Shown: positions 1-9,062 of the stretch, piece by piece
How the letters are laid out: each line of letters begins with the position of its first letter
How positions within the stretch are numbered: position 1 is the first letter of the stretch
Origin: Zancudomyces culisetae HAW-14-8
Taxonomy: Eukaryota; Fungi; Kickxellomycota
Reading direction: 5' to 3'
Length of the DNA stretch: 64,000 nucleotides
NCBI GenBank assembly: GCA_052426225.1
Contig: JBNJNM010000024.1
Location: forward strand, 52,274-116,273
Made by a program: the position numbers and the translations under genes
The notes under the pieces: generated by a model
Told to the model about the DNA's origin: nothing
Seen by the model: the letters and a program-made list of their open reading frames with translations, nothing else
The model's database searches: none

Positions 1-936
1 ATAAAACTAAAAAATATATATAAAATAACAGATTATGATAGTTTGCGAAATGCTAAAGATAATATATATAATATTTCAGCAAAAATAGACGGTGTTATAT
101 TGACCAATGAAAAGGGTTATTATAATACAGTGTATAAATCTAAACCAAATCCTACAGTTGATTTACAATATATTAATGGATATTTATATTTAGCTAGAGA
201 AACCAATTCGCAAAGAATATCTCATATCGAGCTGGAAGAAGGATGTATATATGAGTTTGATATAAATTTAAATCCAATTAGAAAAAGAGAAGATAAACTT
301 ATTCCAAATTATTATATGCCGGTTAAAGATGATGTTATTGATAATATATGCACAGGACATGGTATTCCATGTCTAAGATATCACCATAACAAAATAAAGC
401 TTATTATGCTAAAAAAATTTAATGGAATATTATTAGATATAGGTTCTGGATTGGGTGGTGATATATCTAAGTGGGATCATTTCACTAAAGTGTATGCTAT
501 AGATCCCGAGACCAGGCTTAGAAATGTATCGGCAAATATAACATTTCTAAGATGTAAAGTTCAAGATATAAAAAATATATATTTTGATATAGTAAGCATA
601 TTTTTCGTACCATGGTGTAACGATTTCATCAAATTCATGCTCCGATCTAAACATGCTCTACTTATTATTATGGATAAACCTTCCGATCTAGATAGTGATA
701 ATATAAAAATTACCAAATTGGAAAACAACATGGTAAATATAAATATACCCAATACTAGTACAGCTTCGAATATAACGGAGGAAATACCAGATATAAAAAA
801 TATAGATAATATTATGATTGGAAACGGATATAAAAAACATGATTTGACTCATAAATATAACATATCATTTGCGACTAAAGAGGAAAAAGAACTCTCCAAA
901 ATGTACACATATATAATATACTCCAAAATAATGTAA
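1..936 (+). CDS. mRNA capping enzyme, 3' part (inverted copy, truncated by window start)
   Basis: Identical to the C-terminal half of 11934..13748; the TTG 'start' at 43 is an internal Leu. Confidence 0.9.
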   Translation: MKLKNIYKITDYDSLRNAKDNIYNISAKIDGVILTNEKGYYNTVYKSKPNPTVDLQYINGYLYLARETNSQRISHIELEEGCIYEFDINLNPIRKREDKLIPNYYMPVKDDVIDNICTGHGIPCLRYHHNKIKLIMLKKFNGILLDIGSGLGGDISKWDHFTKVYAIDPETRLRNVSANITFLRCKVQDIKNIYFDIVSIFFVPWCNDFIKFMLRSKHALLIIMDKPSDLDSDNIKITKLENNMVNINIPNTSTASNITEEIPDIKNIDNIMIGNGYKKHDLTHKYNISFATKEEKELSKMYTYIIYSKIM

Positions 937-974
937 TAAATATTTTATGATGTTTTTATATTAAAAATAATATT
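1..974 (+). repeat. Inverted copy of 11896-12869 (large segment in flipped orientation)
   Basis: Position x matches the reverse complement of 12870-x; same capping-enzyme 3' half and downstream sequence. Confidence 0.95.
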
Positions 975-1115
975 TATTTTTCGAATAACAAAAAATATGT
1001 ATACTAATATTATCGAAATATATATATTGTATATAGGAATATAGCATATCATCAAATAACAATATATAAAAAAAGTTTTAAAACTATTTTTATTTAAATA
1101 ACTAACTATTTAAAA
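975..1115 (+). repeat. Inverted repeat IR-A (141 bp), recombinant junction copy
   Basis: Reverse complement of 11756-11895 except for one T indel and one A/G change near the inner end. Confidence 0.92.
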
Positions 1116-1154
1116 CTCTCGCATATTATCAATTAACGATATAAATAAAATAAA

Positions 1155-2078
1155 TCATTTTCTCATTTTCGATATTTTATTTTTAATATCATCGGGGATT
1201 ATATCTTTATATCTATCCAATAATAGATCTATTCTATTTAGACCGGGATCTATTTTGTAAGTTTGCATCGGTTTGCGTGTGTATGTAGGTGATGGTTTTG
1301 GTTTCGTGTATGATGTATTCACACCGTCAATATACGTATTTAATTTATCTTCATTTTTAGCTTCTGGTGTTATTTTTGGTGTTTTTTTCTTATTTAATAT
1401 TTCTCTATAATTAACAGCTTTACTACTTACGCCATTCGCATATATCTTTGTTTTCGCGGGCTTATTATTTTTTCTGTTAGTCTTTTTATCATTTTTATCA
1501 TTTTTATCATTTTTATCTCTTTTATCATTTTTATTAGCTTCGCGATGGATACGAACCTTTGTTCTCGCGGATGAGGCTGTATTTATATATTTTTTACCAT
1601 TTATATTTGTTACATTGAAATTCAATATATCATTACTCCATGATAGACAATCATTATTTGACATCTGACACTGTGTGTTATTTAATCCGGAATTATTTAT
1701 TTTGGAAGGGTATAACATATTTTCATTTTTTTGTATGAAGAATTCTTCCTCGAAATATAAACAATCACTTTCATAATCAGCATTCAATATACCATAATGG
1801 GTAAATGTAGTATTTAAGTTTTTTATAGCATATTTATTATCACCCATATTATCAAAAACTAGTAAAGGATCTGTAACCATATCATCATTTATAATTTTAT
1901 ATGTACTTCTGATTACATGTCTATCATCCGCTGTAACCCCCTTGTATAAATTAACCCCGTTGATACTATAACATAGATAAGATAAATTATCCTCTATATC
2001 ATTCATTAGTAGAAAGAAGACGGTATCACCAGCATGTATACCGCATAAAAATAAAATATATAATAATATATCTCTCAT
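1155..2078 (-). CDS. Putative secreted protein with basic low-complexity C-terminus
   Basis: Signal-peptide-like MRDILLYILFLCGIHA; NDK repeats and Lys/Pro-rich tail. Confidence 0.7.
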   Translation of the reverse strand: MRDILLYILFLCGIHAGDTVFFLLMNDIEDNLSYLCYSINGVNLYKGVTADDRHVIRSTYKIINDDMVTDPLLVFDNMGDNKYAIKNLNTTFTHYGILNADYESDCLYFEEEFFIQKNENMLYPSKINNSGLNNTQCQMSNNDCLSWSNDILNFNVTNINGKKYINTASSARTKVRIHREANKNDKRDKNDKNDKNDKKTNRKNNKPAKTKIYANGVSSKAVNYREILNKKKTPKITPEAKNEDKLNTYIDGVNTSYTKPKPSPTYTRKPMQTYKIDPGLNRIDLLLDRYKDIIPDDIKNKISKMRK

Positions 2079-2225
2079 TTCAATTATATTCTATTTTATA
2101 TTGGTATATTCTATTTTTATATTGGTATATAATATTTATATTTATTAGACAATGTTCAAATATGATTCTTTATTAATCTAATTAAAATATATATCATAAA
2201 TATATCATAAATATATTATATAAGT

Positions 2226-5200
2226 ATGCTAGCGTTATTTATTATTGGTATTTTATTTATACCAAACATTAACAGTTATTGCAGCAAATGTCAAGATTGG
2301 GCATTAGGCGTATCTATCGTATCATACAGTGGTACATATAAAGCTGTTGATCAATACAACTCATTATCAACTTCTGGTTGGGATAGTATGAGCTTTGGTA
2401 ACTATAAACTAAACATTAGACGTGATGGATATTTTATTTTGTCCGACAAAGATTCTGGTGTATGGTGGAGTGGTACTTCGGGTTCGGCTAGTAAGTATGA
2501 TGTTGTGATGCAGCCTGATGGTAATCTGGTATTATATGCAGATGGTAATAAAGCTACATGGGCTTCTAACACTGCCAACAGAGGAACGGGTCCGTATTGT
2601 GCTATGCTTCAACGTGATAGAAACTTTGTTATTTATGATAATAATTGTTCAGCTACGTGGGCTAGCAATACAGTAAAACCTGATCCAACTCCGGATAAAG
2701 ATGGCAATTGTTATTTTATAACAGTGCAACCTGGTGATTGGTGTCAGAAAATTATAGATGACGCTGGCATTTCGTCAACTCAGTTATTCGATTATAATAA
2801 AAGTACATGGAAATGGGATGGGTGTGATAAACTATACCCTGGTCAGAAATTATGTATATCTCCTGGTAAACCTCCTATTCCAACTCCAGATCCCAATGCA
2901 GAATGTGGTCCTTTAGCACCCGGAGATAAGTATAATACCGATTGTCCTTTAAACGCTTGCTGTGGTGAATGGGGTTATTGTGGCATTACCGAAGACTTCT
3001 GTAAAAAGAAAAACAGTACAACTAACGCTCCAGGCACTACAGGTTGTTATAGTAATTGTGTTATCGAATACGTAATGTCCGAACCCCCTTCTAATTTTAG
3101 AAAAATTGCTTATTATGAAACATGGAATCAAAACTGGCCATGCTTGAACAAACGTATTGACGAAATAGACTGGTCTCAATATACCCATCTTCATTATGCA
3201 TTTGCCGATATTGTTGATTATAATGTCCAAATGGATTTCAGAGCTAGAGAGCAATTCGAAGCTTTTAAATCTCTTAGAGGTATTAAGAGAATATTAAGTA
3301 TAGGTGGTTGGGGTATAAGTACAGATAGTGGTACATATAATAATCTTAGAAAAGCTGTAGCTAATTGGGAAGTATCTGCTGCAAATGTGGCCAAATTTAT
3401 TATCGATAATAATCTGGATGGTGTAGATATAGATTGGGAATATCCAGGAGCTACTGATATTCCAGGTGTTCCAATTGGTGATTCTTATGATCCAATATAT
3501 TATACATTGTTTGTTTATGAATTATTTATTAAACTTTATCCATTAGGTAAGACTGTATCTATAGCGGCACCAGCTAGTTATTGGTATCTTAAGAATTTTA
3601 TAATAGATATAATGTCGGAATTTACAGATTATATAGTATTTATGACTTATGATTTGCACGGACAATGGGATTATACCAATTTATGGACAGGTAATTATCT
3701 TAAGTCGCACGTAAATATGACTGAAACTTTAGAAATGCTAGCTTTGATAACACATGCAGGCGTAAAATCCAATAAAGTTTTATTAGGTATTGCTAAGTAT
3801 GGTAGAACTTTTGGCATGGAAGATCCCAACTGCTACGGTCCAGATTGTAGATTTGCCGGTATAGAATCAAAAGCAAAACCGGGTAAATGTACAAATACAC
3901 CTGGTTATTTAGCTTTGGGGGAAATTAGAGATATTCTGAAAAGCGAAACTATAAGAAAACATTATGATGACGATCTATCTCAGATTCTGGTATATGGTAC
4001 AGATCAATGGGTTTCTTATCTTACAGATGAACAAATTAGCTTCAGAAATGATCTAGCCTCATTCGCCAATATGGGGGGTACTGTTACGTGGGCAGAGGAT
4101 CTAGATGCCGGAAATAAAATATCATGCGACACATCAGATATATACGATTTCAATACACTACTGTCATCATCATGTACGCGTAACTATTTAAGAGATATTA
4201 TGGTTGATTATATAAAAGGTGTAATATCATACTGGAGAAGCAATGCATCTTTAACTTATGATAGTGATATAAAACAATTCAAAGATAAATTCAATATAGT
4301 ATATTCTATAAGTTCAAAAGCCGATTATGATGAATTATTTACAAAAATGGATAAGTTTATAACTAATATAGATGTTAAAAATGATAATAACTACGCCATA
4401 TTATATTTTTATTATAAGAGATGTATCGTATTTGGTTCTTCCATTAATTATAATAATAAAAAGAGAGGATTAAATGAACCCTTTGTTGGAATGATAAATA
4501 CTTCAGCTATTGGTGTTTTTGTTTATACTGGAGTTCAAGTGTATACAAGTGGGTTACAAGCTGCTTTATTGGCGATATCAATACCAGGGCTAGCTTCTGG
4601 TGTAGTTGTCGGAGCAATTTCACTTGGTTTACTCGCTATCGCCACGATAATAGCAAATTATAATAAAGACACATTTCCCATCCCCGATGATCTAATGAAA
4701 ATTATTAATAGTAATCAAGCGAATTTAGAACATACAATAGAATTAATAAATAATCCCACAAATTCAAAGTATCCTGTTGATTTTGTAATAAATGATGATT
4801 TAATAGGGTATGATATGGAAAAATATCAGGATCAGTATAGTATTCAACCGGTAAGTGATATGCCTATGATTTTACAACATAAAGCTTATTTTAACTGGTA
4901 TAAAAAAGCTACGAGTCCGCAAAATTATTGTGTTAGAAATCCCAATATAGATGATGATTATAATATATTTACGAAAACTATAACAGAAAATAATGATGGA
5001 GATGATGAGCCGATATACTATGTAAACTTTCACGGTCGGAGCGTAGGTGTAGCATGCAATGCTTATATTTATTTCGTGTTTACAGAAATTAATAGACTTA
5101 GACTTATTAATGGGGATGATGATGCAATAGATGTCCCGCAAGAACTACTACCCGTTGCATATAATACATTTACACGTCGACCAGACGGTCGAAAGAATGA

Positions 5201-5675
5201 CGACCCTTATCTAGATCAGCATTCGTGCGTTAATCTACCCGGTCGAATAATTAATCGAAGTGATAACAAAACAATGGTAATACCAGATTATCAAAGAGAT
5301 GAATTTCCATTTGGAAGTATGAGTGAAGGAATGAATAACATAACAAATCCGGACGAATATTATATTTCTGTTAGATGCGTTTATAAAAGTGAAAATACAT
5401 ATGACGGTATACAATTTCGCCATTTTTTAAATGCGACTGGAATTTGGAAAAAAAACGACATATTAAATCCTTTATCATCTCCTCGCGTTGGACCTATACC
5501 TCCCGGGGGGGCTTTTCGAGTATATTTATTAAATTTCAACCCAACTCTATGTCAGCAATCAGCTATTATTCCTGTGAGAACAGGATTACGACAAGGAGTA
5601 AGAAATTATTTCAATGAGTTTTTTCCTGTTAGTAACGAGCCTGTAATTATACAGCAAAGAAAAAAAGGAATATGA
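2226..5675 (+). CDS. Killer-toxin (zymocin alpha/beta-like) precursor: B-lectin, LysM, CBM18, GH18 chitinase, hydrophobic segment, NucA/NucB-like nuclease
   Basis: Signal peptide; QPDGNLVLY and QRDRNFVIY lectin motifs; TVQPGDWC..LYPGQKLCIS LysM; CPLNACCGEWGYCG hevein; LDGVDIDWEYP GH18 catalytic motif; KKR; Gly/Ala-rich hydrophobic stretch; RDEFPFGSMSEG..SVRCV..SEN. Confidence 0.9.
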   Translation: MLALFIIGILFIPNINSYCSKCQDWALGVSIVSYSGTYKAVDQYNSLSTSGWDSMSFGNYKLNIRRDGYFILSDKDSGVWWSGTSGSASKYDVVMQPDGNLVLYADGNKATWASNTANRGTGPYCAMLQRDRNFVIYDNNCSATWASNTVKPDPTPDKDGNCYFITVQPGDWCQKIIDDAGISSTQLFDYNKSTWKWDGCDKLYPGQKLCISPGKPPIPTPDPNAECGPLAPGDKYNTDCPLNACCGEWGYCGITEDFCKKKNSTTNAPGTTGCYSNCVIEYVMSEPPSNFRKIAYYETWNQNWPCLNKRIDEIDWSQYTHLHYAFADIVDYNVQMDFRAREQFEAFKSLRGIKRILSIGGWGISTDSGTYNNLRKAVANWEVSAANVAKFIIDNNLDGVDIDWEYPGATDIPGVPIGDSYDPIYYTLFVYELFIKLYPLGKTVSIAAPASYWYLKNFIIDIMSEFTDYIVFMTYDLHGQWDYTNLWTGNYLKSHVNMTETLEMLALITHAGVKSNKVLLGIAKYGRTFGMEDPNCYGPDCRFAGIESKAKPGKCTNTPGYLALGEIRDILKSETIRKHYDDDLSQILVYGTDQWVSYLTDEQISFRNDLASFANMGGTVTWAEDLDAGNKISCDTSDIYDFNTLLSSSCTRNYLRDIMVDYIKGVISYWRSNASLTYDSDIKQFKDKFNIVYSISSKADYDELFTKMDKFITNIDVKNDNNYAILYFYYKRCIVFGSSINYNNKKRGLNEPFVGMINTSAIGVFVYTGVQVYTSGLQAALLAISIPGLASGVVVGAISLGLLAIATIIANYNKDTFPIPDDLMKIINSNQANLEHTIELINNPTNSKYPVDFVINDDLIGYDMEKYQDQYSIQPVSDMPMILQHKAYFNWYKKATSPQNYCVRNPNIDDDYNIFTKTITENNDGDDEPIYYVNFHGRSVGVACNAYIYFVFTEINRLRLINGDDDAIDVPQELLPVAYNTFTRRPDGRKNDDPYLDQHSCVNLPGRIINRSDNKTMVIPDYQRDEFPFGSMSEGMNNITNPDEYYISVRCVYKSENTYDGIQFRHFLNATGIWKKNDILNPLSSPRVGPIPPGGAFRVYLLNFNPTLCQQSAIIPVRTGLRQGVRNYFNEFFPVSNEPVIIQQRKKGI

Positions 5676-6139
5676 AATATTTATTTTTTAAAATGTCTAG
5701 TATAGAAATTAATAATCTGAAAGAATTATTTTTCAATTCATCTGATAAATATAAAAATAACAGTATAGCTATTTTATGCTGTCATTATTCGGGTTTAAAT
5801 TTGTCAAATGGTTATATAAGAAGAACAATAACATCAACTAAGCGTGCCGTGAAATATCATAAATCAGATATTATACAATATGTAGAAGATATAAATATAC
5901 ATAAAAATATAATAGCTATATTATGTACGCCTTTAATATCTAATAGTGATGAAGATGATAAATTAATGATGCACTTTCTTAAAATACTTAATTGCTCTAA
6001 AGCTATGATTATATATCCAAGTTCTGTAAGAATTTTTTCTATGAATAATGAAGGTACGAATATATATCAATTTTTCAGTTTTGATGCATCAACACAATTA
6101 ACCGATCTGATATCATATTTAAGGGATTTGAGACATTGA
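5672..6139 (+). CDS. Hypothetical protein, candidate toxin immunity factor
   Basis: 155-aa ORF overlapping the toxin stop (ATGA), no signal peptide; function inferred from position only. Confidence 0.6.
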   Translation: MKYLFFKMSSIEINNLKELFFNSSDKYKNNSIAILCCHYSGLNLSNGYIRRTITSTKRAVKYHKSDIIQYVEDINIHKNIIAILCTPLISNSDEDDKLMMHFLKILNCSKAMIIYPSSVRIFSMNNEGTNIYQFFSFDASTQLTDLISYLRDLRH

Positions 6140-6200
6140 AGCATCACCTATTATTATATGAATATATAACTCATTTTAAAATATTTAAATTAATATTAAA

Positions 6201-7121
6201 ATGAATATAGACGAATACAACCCTTTAAGCAGTATTGTTTGTAATTATGCAAATTTTAAATTCATAATACCTGGTGAGTTTAAATCTGTATCTATCGATG
6301 ACAATATTTTCTGTATAAAAAATGAACATCACTCTTTGGGAGAAGAATTTAGCATATTATTAAATGAAAATGGAGATAAAATGTATATTGCGCATAATAA
6401 TAAATATTTATGCATGATGAACGATAAAATGGGTGCGTGTGATCATTTAAATGATAATATAATTATTCTGGATAAAGTATTTAATGACTACAGATTTTGT
6501 GATGTATATAGAATAAAGTGTGGAGATCTATATTTAAATAAAAGTATGACTTTTGAATATTCCGATAAAAATGCAATTATATTACAACTGGACTCGTCTA
6601 ATATGATAAATACTGATAATTTGTCCAATTTTGCATCTGACACGCAAGATGTAATAACAATGAATGGTATCAGTATTCGAAATAAAGGTGCATTTTTTAT
6701 GCGTTTAGCTCATGAGGGTGAAACTGCTTATATTACTATAAACATAGATGACGACATTCCGAATGAAAATGATATAGGAAAAGTGTATATATTTGATGAT
6801 AAATTTTATAACTCACCATTTGGAATATTTTTTGAATTCTATAAAGATGATATTGATGATAAAGAAAAGACTTATCTAAAAGTTATGGATCTTATCAGTA
6901 GAGAGGAATATTATATAAATTCATATTTTAAACTATCTATAAATCGTATAGATGACGGTATTGAGTTTGTAGAATCTAAATATAAAAGCGCATATTATAT
7001 AAAAAATATAAAATACAACACATATTATGCTATAGAAGACATTAATTTCGGGCATCCATATGAAATAAAAAATATTGATGATATAAAAGATGCGTTATTA
7101 TTTCAGTTTATTCATTTTTAA
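6201..7121 (+). CDS. Hypothetical acidic, beta-rich protein
   Basis: 306-aa ORF; its C-terminal ~60 aa are paralogous to 7530..7724. Confidence 0.7.
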   Translation: MNIDEYNPLSSIVCNYANFKFIIPGEFKSVSIDDNIFCIKNEHHSLGEEFSILLNENGDKMYIAHNNKYLCMMNDKMGACDHLNDNIIILDKVFNDYRFCDVYRIKCGDLYLNKSMTFEYSDKNAIILQLDSSNMINTDNLSNFASDTQDVITMNGISIRNKGAFFMRLAHEGETAYITINIDDDIPNENDIGKVYIFDDKFYNSPFGIFFEFYKDDIDDKEKTYLKVMDLISREEYYINSYFKLSINRIDDGIEFVESKYKSAYYIKNIKYNTYYAIEDINFGHPYEIKNIDDIKDALLFQFIHF

Positions 7122-7147
7122 TATTTTAAAGTTTTAAAATTTTTAAT

Positions 7148-7561
7148 TTATTGAACTTCATTATTAAACCAATTTATGCATGCTCCAAAAGCATTATCGC
7201 AGAATGTCTGGCAGTATACCGACGAGTAAAGATCATAACAATCAAAATTAAGTTTATAGCCATTACCTTTACACGTGTAGAATGGCGTGGTATTTATTTT
7301 ATATGTGCCATTGGAAAAATCAATGTTTAAATCACCTATTCCCAGTTCGACATGATAATTTCCTTCATAGAATCCCATAGTTTTAACTCCTAAAGCAAAA
7401 CTGTCGTATTGTTTCATTTTCACATCATTGTATAAATAGACACATGCCGAACCTACATTGTGAAATGGTTTGGATTTATATCCTGATAGTATAAATAAGC
7501 ATGAATCAACCTTTAAAACAAATAAAATATTAAAAATAAATAAACTGAAATAATAACGCAT
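7148..7561 (-). CDS. Small secreted cysteine-containing protein (effector/toxin-like)
   Basis: Hydrophobic N-terminus MRYYFSLFIFNILFVLKVDS-C; 7 Cys in 137 aa. Confidence 0.7.
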   Translation of the reverse strand: MRYYFSLFIFNILFVLKVDSCLFILSGYKSKPFHNVGSACVYLYNDVKMKQYDSFALGVKTMGFYEGNYHVELGIGDLNIDFSNGTYKINTTPFYTCKGNGYKLNFDCYDLYSSVYCQTFCDNAFGACINWFNNEVQ

Positions 7562-7724
7562 CTTTTATATTTTTAGTATTGGATATAAATATAGGGAAAC
7601 TATAATTTTCATCATTTATATTATAATATGTGTTATGAATCACATTTTTTATAAAATACATACCTTTATATTTAGATTCTACAAATTCAATACCATCATC
7701 TATACGATTTATAGATAGTTTCAT
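7530..7724 (-). CDS. 64-aa paralog (or remnant) of the C-terminus of 6201..7121
   Basis: Shares KLSINRIDDGIEFVESKYK and IKDALLFQFIxF. Confidence 0.55.
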   Translation of the reverse strand: MKLSINRIDDGIEFVESKYKGMYFIKNVIHNTYYNINDENYSFPIFISNTKNIKDALLFQFIYF

Positions 7725-7865
7725 TTCTTGATCGGGATAATAACTTTCATTATTTTCATAATTAAATATTGTAAGTTATATGTATTATTTTTATTTTTTC
7801 AATTTTGCTATATTAGAATATATTTTAAATATAAAACTACTTAATATAGTAAAACGTTGAAAATA

Positions 7866-9062
7866 TTAAATACTTTCCGACGATTCGATTAATTCTGACG
7901 ATGTAGCCAATGGAAGTATACCAGTATTCCCATCTTTAATATAGCTATAAAATGTTACAACCCTCCCAAATAATTCCATAATTTTATATAGAAAATGTCT
8001 ACATTCGACATTAGCTATTATTTCATCAGTATCATCGAAAACGACTAATTCATTCAAGACGCATATATTTTCCAAATTATACAACTCATTTTTTAATTCA
8101 ATTTCTCGTTCTATTTCATAATTAGTTTTATTAACATTTTTTTTATACAATTCTAATTCTTTATAACATTTATGATTTACTAATATTTTTTTTATATTTT
8201 CAGGTGTAAATTTTATATAATAAAATCTGGGTATTAACCCCATAAATAAAATACCAAAAATCATATCATCCTTAAAATCTTCCGAAGTAAAACCATCTTT
8301 ACCTATACGTTTGAAATATAACAATAACATTTCTCCAAATAATTGAGCTCTAGCTTTCCCTATAAGTGTAGACGAATTAGTAACATTAGTTGACTTTTTA
8401 TTTTCTATAGCAATGTTAGCATAATTCTTTCTATCAGTTATTCCTATATCAATTTCAGATGAAAATTCTAAAAGATGATTATTTATATTTATGGTAAATT
8501 TGCCAATAGCGAATGAATTGTCTGGGGCAAATCTAAATATACTAAGCAGTTTGGCCACATAAGAATCAACAATATTCTCGCTAACGTATGCATCACGCAT
8601 AAAAATATATAAATCCAAAACAAATTCAAGTATTTTGAATTCTTTAAGCATAGTGTTCATTTCATCCCTAGTTCTAAAATCATCTTTATACAAAATATCG
8701 GTATATGTTTTTAACGCATCTATATATTCTGGCTTCATGATATTTTTTGCTTTAACAATTTCAATATAATCATTCAAACTACACTTGATTATATTATCCA
8801 ATTCTTTTATACCGATAGTATTTATGAATTTTTCGAAAAGAGAATATCTATAATGAATGCTATCTATACTTCTATTAAATTCTATAGATGCAAATCTAAC
8901 ATTTAATCCAGATTTTATGTATTTATCCGACCAATGACTTGCAGAATCGAATATATAAGTATCATTATCATCAAAAAATTGACTCTGATGTTTTCTTTTA
9001 CTGGCTGATGAAGGTGATATTGAAGCTTGGTTGTTATTATCGGGCGAAATTGATTCATCCAT
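7866..9062 (-). CDS. PD-(D/E)xK restriction-endonuclease-fold protein
   Basis: SENIVD...EIDIGI..IAIENKK...RAQLFGEML...IFGILFMG pattern, typical of eukaryotic REase-fold effector-like proteins. Confidence 0.65.
   Translation of the reverse strand: MDESISPDNNNQASISPSSASKRKHQSQFFDDNDTYIFDSASHWSDKYIKSGLNVRFASIEFNRSIDSIHYRYSLFEKFINTIGIKELDNIIKCSLNDYIEIVKAKNIMKPEYIDALKTYTDILYKDDFRTRDEMNTMLKEFKILEFVLDLYIFMRDAYVSENIVDSYVAKLLSIFRFAPDNSFAIGKFTININNHLLEFSSEIDIGITDRKNYANIAIENKKSTNVTNSSTLIGKARAQLFGEMLLLYFKRIGKDGFTSEDFKDDMIFGILFMGLIPRFYYIKFTPENIKKILVNHKCYKELELYKKNVNKTNYEIEREIELKNELYNLENICVLNELVVFDDTDEIIANVECRHFLYKIMELFGRVVTFYSYIKDGNTGILPLATSSELIESSESI

Noticed and set aside
43-936. Separate 297-aa methyltransferase gene
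   Set aside because: It is the window-truncated inverted copy of the 604-aa capping enzyme; the TTG start is an internal Leu
1030-1040. TATAGGAA in the IR resembling an FRT arm
   Set aside because: Only an 8-bp match in AT-rich DNA, with no matching inverted partner and no Flp-like ORF
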